NCBI GenBank assembly: GCA_027003075.1
Contig: JALWYV010000010.1
Coordinates: forward strand, 3,900-67,899
Reading direction: 5' to 3'
Length of the DNA stretch: 64,000 nucleotides
DNA from: a candidate division WOR-3 bacterium
Lineage (GTDB): Bacteria; Hydrothermota; Hydrothermia; LBFQ01
Positions 51,904 to 61,106 of this stretch are shown here, in pieces (position 1 is the stretch's first letter; each line of letters begins with the position of its first letter). A program made the position numbers and the translations under genes. Under the pieces are notes generated by a model. It saw nothing but the letters and a program-made list of their open reading frames with translations. It was not told where the DNA came from and searched no databases.

Positions 51904-52365
51904 ATGTTTCTCCTTCCCCTGCTCGCGGCGGATACTCTGAATGCGGATACGGTTGATACCCTTATAAGACGTGATACCTTCATAAAGTCCCCCACTGTAG
52001 CCGCCGTAAGGTCGGCCATTCTCCCCGGCTGGGGGCAGTTTTACAACGGGGCCTACGTCAAGGGACTGATACTCGGGGGTCTGACCCTGGCCGCTACCGG
52101 ACATACAGTCTATCGGTACATCCTTATGCGCAGGGAAGGGGGGTACTCCTACGCCCTGACGACGGGTTTTCTCAGCGCCCTGATTTTGAACGTCGTGGTG
52201 TGGGGTTACACCGTAGCAGACGCCTTCGTGGACGCCTACCTTTACGGTTTTGAAGAGTACAGGGATACCCTGATGAAGGATCTGGACACGTCCAGGCCGC
52301 CCCCATCACCTCAGGAGCCTGCGGATAAGGAGAACGAGGATAACGAAGGATCCGATAGCCACTAA
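51904..52365 (+). CDS. DUF5683-family protein
   Basis: KSPTVAAVRSAILPGWGQFYN ... DAFVDAYL. Confidence 0.8.
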   Translation: MFLLPLLAADTLNADTVDTLIRRDTFIKSPTVAAVRSAILPGWGQFYNGAYVKGLILGGLTLAATGHTVYRYILMRREGGYSYALTTGFLSALILNVVVWGYTVADAFVDAYLYGFEEYRDTLMKDLDTSRPPPSPQEPADKENEDNEGSDSH

Positions 52366-53553
52366 GTTTATGTTCAGGGCGTTGGCAAAGCCGACGTAGG
52401 AGGCGAGGATGTCGTTCCATCTGCCCAATATCAGAACGGTGGACGTGAAGGTAAGGGCGTTGACTATATCCTTGAGTATGACCACCCTTCCGAGGTAGTC
52501 GGCCGTTGAGTACTTCTGAAAGATGGAGTCAAGGGCTATAAAGCCTATGGACGTGAACACCCCTCCCGCTGCGGCGATAGGGAGCAGGAGCCATAGGTTT
52601 GTGGTGAGGGCGAGGCCGAATAGGGAGAGGGCGAGAAAGAAGATACTGTTCCACAGGTGTTTGTACTCTCTGGAGGGTAATACCCTGCCTGCAAGATAGG
52701 ACCCGAGGAAGAGACCGAGACCGTAGATACCACCGGCCACGCCCAACTGGGAGGTAGAAGTATGCCCTATCTTCTGGAGTTTCACTATGCCGAGGATGTA
52801 GGTGGCACCACCCACGAGAGATATGAGAGCGGCCGCCATCAGGGAGTGGAGCAATATCTTCCGCTGCCTGACGAAGTTTATGGCCTCCTTTATGGCAGCG
52901 ATGTAGTGTATCTTTGCCCTGTTCCCCGTAGGTTTAATGTACTCACCTGAGACGGCGAGGAATATGAGGAGGAAGGCCGATGCGAAGAAGGTAAGAGAGT
53001 CAACCGTAAGGCCCACCTCCCATCCCTCGTATCCGAATCCTTTCCAGAGATGCTCGTCCGATATTATCCCGCCGAAGAGTATTCCAAGGCCCGTTGCTAT
53101 CCTCCCCCAGAAGCTCATCAGTCCGTTTATGACGGCTATCCTATCCCGGCTGCCCGCGACGTGGACCACGACGCCGTTCTTGGCGGAGTTGAAGAGTACC
53201 GTAAACGTAAAAACGGCAAAGACCGAGGCGTAGACCACGACCATCTTCCCCGTACTCTTGAAGAGAAAGGGGATGGAGAGTACTATGAGGCCCCTCATTA
53301 CGTCGGCGAAAGCCATGAGGTACTTCCGGTTGAAACGGTCGGATATGGCGCCAGCGATGGGGCCGAAGACGGCAACGGGTATAACCGTCCAGAAGGCCAG
53401 AAATCCGTACTCCGTGGATCCCGTGGCGTGGAGACCCAGAAGGCCGAGTATGGCCATGTTGTTTATACGATCCCCCAGCTGGGATATGGCCTGCGAAAAC
53501 GTCAGTATCGCGACGTTCCTGTCCTTCAGAAGTTTAACTTCCTGTATGGGCAA
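52306..53553 (-). CDS. MFS transporter
   Basis: QAISQLGD, GAISDRFNRK motif A, about 12 TM segments. Confidence 0.9.
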   Translation of the reverse strand: MPIQEVKLLKDRNVAILTFSQAISQLGDRINNMAILGLLGLHATGSTEYGFLAFWTVIPVAVFGPIAGAISDRFNRKYLMAFADVMRGLIVLSIPFLFKSTGKMVVVYASVFAVFTFTVLFNSAKNGVVVHVAGSRDRIAVINGLMSFWGRIATGLGILFGGIISDEHLWKGFGYEGWEVGLTVDSLTFFASAFLLIFLAVSGEYIKPTGNRAKIHYIAAIKEAINFVRQRKILLHSLMAAALISLVGGATYILGIVKLQKIGHTSTSQLGVAGGIYGLGLFLGSYLAGRVLPSREYKHLWNSIFFLALSLFGLALTTNLWLLLPIAAAGGVFTSIGFIALDSIFQKYSTADYLGRVVILKDIVNALTFTSTVLILGRWNDILASYVGFANALNINLVAIGSFVILVLLIRRLLR

Positions 53554-53598
53554 GGGATGGGGATTCTACGGCAGGAATCTGCCCTAAAATTCCGGGCG

Positions 53599-55386
53599 AT
53601 GTTCCTGCTTTTGTTGGCCTATACTCACGACTTTTACATGGTACCCATGCGGGATGGCGCGAGGTTGGCGACGGACGTTTACAAGCCCACGATATACTTC
53701 GGGGAACTGCACACCATCCTCGTAAGGACACCGTACGAACGTACGGCCGTGGGTTTGAACGCCTTCATACCCTACATAACCGACGTTAGGGGGTACGCCC
53801 TCGTGATACAGAGCGTGCGGGGGTTTCAGGGTAGCGAAGGGGATCCGCAGGTGTTCCGCACGGACGCGTGGGGGGAGCTTCAGGACGGGTACGATGCCGT
53901 GGAGTGGATAATATCTCAGGACTGGTCCAGCGGTAAGGTGTGCGGGTCCTGGTTCTCCGCCATGGGAATAACCCAGTACCTCCTTGCCGGTACGTACCAC
54001 CCGGCCTACAAGTGCGCCGTCCCCCTTGTGGGTGCAGCGGACGTCTATCACTACGCCGCCTTTCAGGGTGGGGAGTTCAGGAAGAACCTTGTTGAGGGCT
54101 GGCTTACCGGCCTCGGAACCCCCTTCCTCATAGACTCCGTGACTTCTCACCCTCTCTACGATAGCACGTGGTACATCCTTGACCTCAACCGGAGGGTGTC
54201 CGGCGTCAACGTCCCCATGCTCCACTTCGCCGGCTGGTTTGACCTCTTCCTTGAGAGCCAGATTGAGATATGGAACAAACTCCAGTTTCAGGGTGGTCCC
54301 CTGGCGAGGGGAAACCAGAAGTTGATAATCGGCCCGTGGACCCACCTTGCCTTCGGGCAGACGGATCAGGGGGACATATCCTTTCCATCCAACGCCTCCC
54401 TCCCCGTCACGGATCTGGTGGATATGATAGCCGACTGGTACGACTACTGGCTTGACGGGGAGGATAACGGAGTTATGGACTGGCCTCCGGTGAAGTTCTA
54501 CATCATGGGGATGAACGAGTGGGCTACGGCCGATACCTTCCCGCCGCGGGGCGTCTTCTACCGCCGCTGGTACCTCCACGGGGATGGCACCCTCAGGCTC
54601 TACCGCCCCTCCGCCCCGGACAGCTTCTCCACGTACGTTTACGATCCCAACGACCCCACCCCCTCCATCGGAGGGAACGAGATGGACCTGCCCGGTGGGG
54701 ATGGGCCAAAGGATCAAAGACCTCTACTCTCCCGGAGCGACGTTCTCGTCTTCCAGACGGACCCCTTACCGGATACCCTCATCGTGATAGGGAGCATAAG
54801 GGCCAAACTCTACGTGGAGAGCGACAGGTACGATACGGACTTCGTCGTCAGGATAGCGGACGTTTACCCCGACGGTACGGCCATGTTGGTGGCCGACGGT
54901 ATCATAAAGGCCCGCCACAGGTACGGCTTTGACAGGGAGGTCCTCCTGACACCGGGGCAGATAGACTCGGTTGAGGTGAAAGTATGGAGTACGGCCTGGG
55001 CCTTCCTTCCGGGGCATCGCCTGATGGCTATAATCTCATCGGCCAGCTATCCACGCTTTGAGGCCAACCCCAACAACGGAGGCCCCTTCGTCCGGGACGA
55101 CACCCTCCGCCTCGTGGCCACCAACCGTATATACCATTCCCCGGTCTATTCCTCCTACCTCGCGATACCCATGCTTCCCTCTACGGGTATTCAGGAGTAC
55201 GTGGACCTTCCGGGGGTGCCGGACTATACACTTAAAGGGAACAGGATATGCACCGACGTGCGAGCGGAGGTGTACGACCTCTCCGGGAGGCTAAGGTTCG
55301 CAGGAAAGGGCTGCTCCGGAAGGCTACCCACGGGCGTGTACTTCGTGAGACTACGCAACGAGACCCACAGGGTTATAGTCCGGTAG
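53599..55386 (+). CDS. CocE/NonD-family serine hydrolase with T9SS-type CTD
   Basis: VPMRDGARLATDVY, RTPY, SAMG nucleophile, GWFD, IGPWTH; CTD YDLSGR..LPTGVYFVR; ATG 53599 after TAAAAT. Confidence 0.9.
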   Translation: MFLLLLAYTHDFYMVPMRDGARLATDVYKPTIYFGELHTILVRTPYERTAVGLNAFIPYITDVRGYALVIQSVRGFQGSEGDPQVFRTDAWGELQDGYDAVEWIISQDWSSGKVCGSWFSAMGITQYLLAGTYHPAYKCAVPLVGAADVYHYAAFQGGEFRKNLVEGWLTGLGTPFLIDSVTSHPLYDSTWYILDLNRRVSGVNVPMLHFAGWFDLFLESQIEIWNKLQFQGGPLARGNQKLIIGPWTHLAFGQTDQGDISFPSNASLPVTDLVDMIADWYDYWLDGEDNGVMDWPPVKFYIMGMNEWATADTFPPRGVFYRRWYLHGDGTLRLYRPSAPDSFSTYVYDPNDPTPSIGGNEMDLPGGDGPKDQRPLLSRSDVLVFQTDPLPDTLIVIGSIRAKLYVESDRYDTDFVVRIADVYPDGTAMLVADGIIKARHRYGFDREVLLTPGQIDSVEVKVWSTAWAFLPGHRLMAIISSASYPRFEANPNNGGPFVRDDTLRLVATNRIYHSPVYSSYLAIPMLPSTGIQEYVDLPGVPDYTLKGNRICTDVRAEVYDLSGRLRFAGKGCSGRLPTGVYFVRLRNETHRVIVR

Positions 55387-55391
55387 CGTCC

Positions 55392-56750
55392 TCAGAACTT
55401 CGTCGCCGATGCGAAGTTGAACCCCTCCACCTTCAGGGTAGGCAGGATCTCTCCGTAGACCTTGAAGGACCCGTACCACGTCGGTTCGCTCACGAGTTCG
55501 CTCTCACGGGAGACGCCAGAGACGGAGGAGAAGACGTCCAACAGGCTGACGTTGAACCGCATGTTCTTCATGCTGCCCACGATCTTTCCGTCCTCTATGA
55601 CGAAGAGGCCGTCCCTCGTCATTCCGGTTATGGTCAGGCTCCGCGGGTCAACCACGTTTGAGTACCAGAATCGGGTAACGAGCAGGCCCCTGTCCACGGA
55701 GGAGATGAGGTCTTCGTAATCGGTATCCCCCTCGGCGATGTGCAGGTTTACGAACATGGGGAAACTGTGGAAGGGACTCACGGCGCAGGCGTTCGTCTCC
55801 CTGCCGTCCTTCTTCGCAGTTACAGTGTCGTAGGCGAAGTCCCGGAGTACCCCCTTCTCCACCACGGTTATGAGGCCCCTCCGTCGCCCCTCCATGTCAA
55901 AGGGCGTCACGTAACCTCTGGGGTTAAGGGGGTCTTCGTAGAGGGTGAAGTTCTCCGAGAAGACCTTTTCTCCGATCTTCCCGGCCAGCGGTGACCTCCC
56001 CTCCTGAACGGACCGGGCGGACAGGCCTATCCAGTTGAGGAAGCTGAGCAGTTCCCCCACGGCCAGAGGCTCCAGTATGACCGTCCACTTTCCGGGTTCG
56101 GCGTCAACAGGATTTAAAACCAGAGGCGCCCTCTTACCGGCCCTTTCAAATGCGGCGTCGGGGTTGAGGTCCCTGAAGGTGCGGGCGGACTGCTGGACGA
56201 GGTAGCCGAAGGTTAGATCGTGGATGGGGTTGTACTTCAGGTGGGCTGCGGTCGTCCCCCTGTACCCGACGAAGCCCTCGGAGGTCATCAGGACGGTTTC
56301 GGAGGACCCACCGGAGACCACGCCGAAGGCCTCAAAGGGGGAGGGGGTCTCCTTTATGAGTCTGGCGGCCGTGGAAACCACCTCCGAAGGATCAACCTCC
56401 GCCGTAAGTTCATCAAAGGAGTCGCTGGAGGTCTCTATCTTCCCGGCGGGGGCGACCTCAGTAAGTTCCGGGTTTTCCGGCGAGATCCTGGCCAGTTCCT
56501 CGGCCCTCCGGACCATGCCGACGATGTCTTTGGGGTCGTTTATGGCGTTCGTGCTTACGGTTGCCGCCCTGTTTCCGAAGCGTACGTGGATGGTGAGGGA
56601 TATGTCGTGTACCTCAGTGTTCTGGTGGATTACGGAGTTGGCGAACCTCACCAGCCTTGACCTTTCACCGTGTACCAGTACGACCGTGCTGTCGGCCCTG
56701 GATACGCGCAGAACGTACTCACCTATTTCGTACAGCTTATCTTTGAGCAT
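55392..56750 (-). CDS. TldD/PmbA-family protein
   Basis: RFANSVIHQN, VILEPLAV, FDMEG, GLLVTRFWY, TGMTRDG. Confidence 0.9.
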   Translation of the reverse strand: MLKDKLYEIGEYVLRVSRADSTVVLVHGERSRLVRFANSVIHQNTEVHDISLTIHVRFGNRAATVSTNAINDPKDIVGMVRRAEELARISPENPELTEVAPAGKIETSSDSFDELTAEVDPSEVVSTAARLIKETPSPFEAFGVVSGGSSETVLMTSEGFVGYRGTTAAHLKYNPIHDLTFGYLVQQSARTFRDLNPDAAFERAGKRAPLVLNPVDAEPGKWTVILEPLAVGELLSFLNWIGLSARSVQEGRSPLAGKIGEKVFSENFTLYEDPLNPRGYVTPFDMEGRRRGLITVVEKGVLRDFAYDTVTAKKDGRETNACAVSPFHSFPMFVNLHIAEGDTDYEDLISSVDRGLLVTRFWYSNVVDPRSLTITGMTRDGLFVIEDGKIVGSMKNMRFNVSLLDVFSSVSGVSRESELVSEPTWYGSFKVYGEILPTLKVEGFNFASATKF

Positions 56751-56794
56751 GGAGAGGATTCTACCGCAGAAAACCTCCCGCTTTCTTTGAGGGG

Positions 56795-57337
56795 CTACCT
56801 CCCGAAGCCGTAGGGTTCTCCGAACCTGCCCTTAAACACGATCTCGTTTAGGGGTTTTTTCTCCTTCTCCCTCTTCGGTTCGTCCGGCTTCCCACAGGCG
56901 AAGGCGACCACCGGCTCGTAACCTTCGGGTATACCGAACACCTCCCTCGCCCTATCGGGGTAGAAACCCCCAATAGCCCTGCAGGATAGCCCCAGCTCAA
57001 CGGCCTGAAGGAACAGGGACATCAGGGACATGCCGCAGTCGTTCCTGTAGTCCCTGTAGGGTCTTCCGTCCGGGTACTTCGTACTTCCAACGAGCAGACC
57101 GAGAAGGGGGGCGTCCTTAGCCCATTCGGCGTTGCCGGGTACGAGTATGCCAAGGAGTTTTTTGTGGGTGTCGTCAAAGTTGACGCCTATTATGTACCTC
57201 CAGGGCTGCGTGTTGTAGGACGACGGCGCCCTGCGGGCCGCGTCCATGAGGAGGAAGAGTTCCTCATCGGTCAACAACCTTTTCGGGTCGTACTTTCTGG
57301 CGCTCCAGCGCTGTAGTATGGCCTCCCTTACGCTCAT
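56795..57337 (-). CDS. Nitroreductase family protein
   Basis: [29 protein letters not shown]. Confidence 0.92.
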   Translation of the reverse strand: MSVREAILQRWSARKYDPKRLLTDEELFLLMDAARRAPSSYNTQPWRYIIGVNFDDTHKKLLGILVPGNAEWAKDAPLLGLLVGSTKYPDGRPYRDYRNDCGMSLMSLFLQAVELGLSCRAIGGFYPDRAREVFGIPEGYEPVVAFACGKPDEPKREKEKKPLNEIVFKGRFGEPYGFGR

Positions 57338-57385
57338 GCCGGGATTCTAATCTGGAACGTGTTTTCTCCCTTAGACTTCCCTCCC

Positions 57386-58264
57386 GTGGGAATGCGCAGG
57401 GTTTACGAGTTCCTGTTTCATGCCGTTCTGTTTCTATCTGCGTCCGTAACCATCCTTACCACCGTGGGTATAGTTGCCATCCTGCTCTACCAGAGCGCCC
57501 TTTTCTTCAGAGAGGTCTCCATCGTTGAGTTCCTCACGGATACCCAGTGGACGCCCCTGTTTACGGAGAAGCACTTCGGCATCCTCCCCCTCCTTGCCGG
57601 CACCTTTCTGACCTCGTCCATAGCCATGCTCGTGGCCATACCCGTGGGTCTGCTCATAGCCGTATTCCTGAGCGAGTACGCCTCCTCACGGGTCCGTTCC
57701 TTCGTCAAGCCCACACTTGAGATCCTCACGGCCATTCCTACCGTGGTTTACGGGTACTTCGCCCTCCTGTTCGTCACGCCCCTACTGAAGAAGGTAATAC
57801 CCAACATATCCGGTTTCAACGCCCTTTCTCCGGGCATAGTTATGGGGATAATGATCCTTCCGATAGTGACCTCCCTCAGCGAGGACGCCCTGAGGGCTGT
57901 GCCGAGGAGTCTCAGGGAGGCAGCCTACGCGCTCGGCGCGGATCGGTTCACCACGGCCGTAAAGGTAGTTATACCCTCCGCCCTATCCGGCATCGTGGCG
58001 GCGTTCATTCTCGGTATATCCAGAGCCATAGGGGAGACCATGATCGTGACCATAGCAGCCGGTCAGAGGCCTGTCCTTACCCTAAACCCCCTCGTCCCCA
58101 TAGAGACCATGACGGCCTACATAGTTCAGGTGAGCCTCGGAGACGTCCCCACGGGTACGGTGGAGTACCATACCATATTCGCCGTGGGCCTCGCTCTGTT
58201 CGTAATTACCCTCGTTTTTAACATAGTCAGCTACCTTCTCAAAAGGCGTATGTGGGAGAGGTGA
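57386..58264 (+). CDS. pstC: Phosphate ABC transporter permease PstC
   Basis: [33 protein letters not shown]; start GTG 57386 or ATG 57392. Confidence 0.93.
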   Translation: MGMRRVYEFLFHAVLFLSASVTILTTVGIVAILLYQSALFFREVSIVEFLTDTQWTPLFTEKHFGILPLLAGTFLTSSIAMLVAIPVGLLIAVFLSEYASSRVRSFVKPTLEILTAIPTVVYGYFALLFVTPLLKKVIPNISGFNALSPGIVMGIMILPIVTSLSEDALRAVPRSLREAAYALGADRFTTAVKVVIPSALSGIVAAFILGISRAIGETMIVTIAAGQRPVLTLNPLVPIETMTAYIVQVSLGDVPTGTVEYHTIFAVGLALFVITLVFNIVSYLLKRRMWER

Positions 58265-58329
58265 TATAATTCTGCCATAAAATTCAATCGTGGGCGTATT
58301 TATCCGTTACCCGTAACAAGGAGGTAGGT

Positions 58330-59139
58330 ATGCTTGTTGTTTTGCTCTTTGACCTCGGTTATCCGGATGGTATAGTCATGTACAACGAAGAAGAGGGGAG
58401 GATATGCATAGACTGTGCAGCCCTATGGCGTATAAACAGAGAAGACACCCTCTTTAAGAAGTACTGCGACACTCCATATGCTGATCAGAAATATTCTCAT
58501 ATGAAAAGATACGCCAAGTGCGTGAATACGAAAAGGAAGGGGAGAATAAATCCTCCACCCCTTCCCGAACCTCCCCCCGGCGTGGAGTGGTATCAGTTTC
58601 CGTCAGTTGGGGAACTCCCCTTTGATCTGAAGGTCCTCTCTACGAAGTACATACCGGACACGCCTACGACCTACAAACGGATGTACGGGGACGGGGACGT
58701 GTTCGTTGTAAAGAACCCTCACGACACGAGCGTGTACGTTTTGCTGGAGTGGAAGAGGGTAGAAGAGATTGAGCCTCTGGTTAGGGAGTACTGGTACGGA
58801 GACGTAGAAGAGATCTTCTTCTCGGTGAGGATTCAGCCACCTTTGAAACCTCTGCAAGAAAAGAAGAACGAGCGCATAGTTCTGTTCTTCTTTATGCCGG
58901 ACCTTCCCCTTATTGATTCGCTTCCTCCGGAGGTCGTCAGGTACGACCATCAACGGCTGCTAAGGATGGTGAAGCGCACAACATGCAGTAGCGACTCCTC
59001 CTGTGAGATCAGGGCGAGGTTCGTTCGGAGTGAGACAGGGTATATAGATGGGGCAACGAAACCCACGGCGTCCGTTGAGTTCTTCCTTGCTCAGCACGAT
59101 AGTGTTGTGGTATACATTTCGCCTATATACGGGAGGTAG
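58330..59139 (+). CDS. Hypothetical protein, paralog X1
   Basis: SD AAGGAGGT; mosaic similarity to 60291-61103. Confidence 0.7.
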   Translation: MLVVLLFDLGYPDGIVMYNEEEGRICIDCAALWRINREDTLFKKYCDTPYADQKYSHMKRYAKCVNTKRKGRINPPPLPEPPPGVEWYQFPSVGELPFDLKVLSTKYIPDTPTTYKRMYGDGDVFVVKNPHDTSVYVLLEWKRVEEIEPLVREYWYGDVEEIFFSVRIQPPLKPLQEKKNERIVLFFFMPDLPLIDSLPPEVVRYDHQRLLRMVKRTTCSSDSSCEIRARFVRSETGYIDGATKPTASVEFFLAQHDSVVVYISPIYGR

Positions 59140-59202
59140 AAAACTATGGCATTTAACGATCATATGCTTGACAAAATATGTATTATATCACATTATTGTA
59201 TA

Positions 59203-60273
59203 ATGATTAGATCTAAAGTGTTGAGCATTTTAGGTCTGGTCTCAATAGCGTTTTTGCTCATCAGGTGTAAGCAACCTCCCGAATCCGATGGTCTGGGTAC
59301 TATTTTCTGGACAGCGTATAGCGGCTTAAGGGTGATGCAGCCTCCGGCTATAGGGAAAAACGGATACGCCTACGTTGTGGGAGTAAATGGTGAGATATGC
59401 TATTACAATATGTTTGGCAAGAACGTTGGGTGTAACGATACACCGAAGAGGAGAGGGGAACGTATATTTGCCGCACCCGTGATCTGGTGGAACGGGGACG
59501 GAAGGATTATGGTCGTTACCGACCGAGGAACAGTCTACGCTTTCGGCAAGTATGTACCTTCTATCATTTGGAAAACCACTTTAGACGTTCCGGTGTATAA
59601 TACACCGGCAGTGTATGGGGACAGCACCATGTATATAACGGCTAACAGGTACGTTTTCCGCTTGAACGTAAGGAGTGGTGAAGTACTATTCAGAAAGGAG
59701 ATCTGCGAATCTTATGACCCCTCGGTCGGCTCCGAAGGGACGGTGTATTTAGCGTGCAAGGATGGGAACGTCGTTGCTATGGGTGTAGAAGGGAAAATTA
59801 AGTGGAAGGTCAATCTTGGAAAGCGTATCGTGGGGAGGGTTATTCTGGATGGGGACAGTGTAAGGACAGATCGCCTGCTCATTCCCGTGGAGGGTGGGGA
59901 GCTGTACGTTCTCAGTAGCAGTGGGCGGGTAGAGGGTGTATCCGAATATTACGGTAGCGAGATATTCGTGGATAGGGAGGGAAACGTATATTCGGAATGG
60001 CAGGCCATAGGGTTGGGAAGGGACGTTGTACTGGTGCATGATGGTACCCAGATCAGGTTGGTTGACAGGTTCAGTGGTGCCGATGTCTGGGTGTATAAGC
60101 TTCCATTTGATGGGGCGAGAAGGGTTTTTGCCAATATGGGGTTTGGGAAGTTGTGGCTTGTTAGTGAGGATGGGAGGCTGGCGATGTTGAGCCTGAACTT
60201 TAACTACGACAACACGTGGTGGGGGGTAAGGCATCATGATAGGGCTAACAGTGGATGTCCTTGCGACCCGTAG
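59203..60273 (+). CDS. PQQ-like (BamB-type) beta-propeller lipoprotein
   Basis: FLLIRC lipobox-like; PAI..G..YV, WK blades; C-terminal W...HHDRANSG. Confidence 0.7.
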   Translation: MIRSKVLSILGLVSIAFLLIRCKQPPESDGLGTIFWTAYSGLRVMQPPAIGKNGYAYVVGVNGEICYYNMFGKNVGCNDTPKRRGERIFAAPVIWWNGDGRIMVVTDRGTVYAFGKYVPSIIWKTTLDVPVYNTPAVYGDSTMYITANRYVFRLNVRSGEVLFRKEICESYDPSVGSEGTVYLACKDGNVVAMGVEGKIKWKVNLGKRIVGRVILDGDSVRTDRLLIPVEGGELYVLSSSGRVEGVSEYYGSEIFVDREGNVYSEWQAIGLGRDVVLVHDGTQIRLVDRFSGADVWVYKLPFDGARRVFANMGFGKLWLVSEDGRLAMLSLNFNYDNTWWGVRHHDRANSGCPCDP

Positions 60274-60290
60274 AAAACAAGGAGGTAGGT

Positions 60291-61103
60291 ATGTTTGTTA
60301 CTTTGCTCTTTGACCTCGGTTATCCGGATCATATAGTGAGGTACTACGAAAATTCGGGGATGTGGATTAACTGCAGTGCTTTGTGGCGTATGAACAGGGA
60401 AGATACCCTTTTCAAGAAGTACTGCGACGAGAGCGACACCGTTGGAGCGAGTAGCGTGTTCGTACCAACGAGACCGCGATCAAACGTTCCTCCGCCTCCC
60501 GAGCCCCCTCCCGGTGTGGAATGGTACCAGTATCCGGATTTTCAGGCAAGGAGGGAAATACCCTTTGAGTTCAGGGTCCTCTCTACGAAGTACATACCGG
60601 ACACGCCTACGACCTACAAGCAGATGTACGGGGACGGGGACGTGTTCGTCATAAAGAACCCTCACGACACGAGCGTGTACGTATCGCTGGTATGGATGCG
60701 GGTTGACGAACTTGAGCCTCTAATAAGAGAGTACTGGTACGGGGACGTAAAGGAGATCTTCTTCTCGGTAAAGATACAGCCGCCCCTGAAGTTCCCGGAG
60801 GATAAGAGGAGAAGGATAGAGATAGATAGCGCCCTCATAAGTTTGGTCTTCTACCTTCCGGATCTTCCGCGCATAGACTCGCTCCTTAGCCTGGGCGATC
60901 AGGTATGGATTGACTTTCAAACCCCCCTCAGGATGATACGATTGTTCCGATGCATGGACAGTTCCGGCTGTGCTATGAGGGTGACACATGACGTCAGGAC
61001 GGGTCATATAGATGGAGTGATGAAACCCACGGCGTCCGTTGGGTTCATCCTCGCCCCGCACGATAGTGTCGTGGTCTACGTTTCGCCTATATACGGGAGG
61101 TAA
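60291..61103 (+). CDS. Hypothetical protein, paralog X2
   Basis: SD AAGGAGGT before ATG 60291; paralog of X1. Confidence 0.7.
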   Translation: MFVTLLFDLGYPDHIVRYYENSGMWINCSALWRMNREDTLFKKYCDESDTVGASSVFVPTRPRSNVPPPPEPPPGVEWYQYPDFQARREIPFEFRVLSTKYIPDTPTTYKQMYGDGDVFVIKNPHDTSVYVSLVWMRVDELEPLIREYWYGDVKEIFFSVKIQPPLKFPEDKRRRIEIDSALISLVFYLPDLPRIDSLLSLGDQVWIDFQTPLRMIRLFRCMDSSGCAMRVTHDVRTGHIDGVMKPTASVGFILAPHDSVVVYVSPIYGR

Positions 61104-61106
61104 GAG

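Noticed and set aside
53050..53598. N-terminal extensions in the ORF track (CocE from 53050, murJ from 6915, lpxD from 17058, ATPase from 50434)
   Set aside because: They overlap other genes or non-coding DNA; family homology and -10 boxes point to later starts
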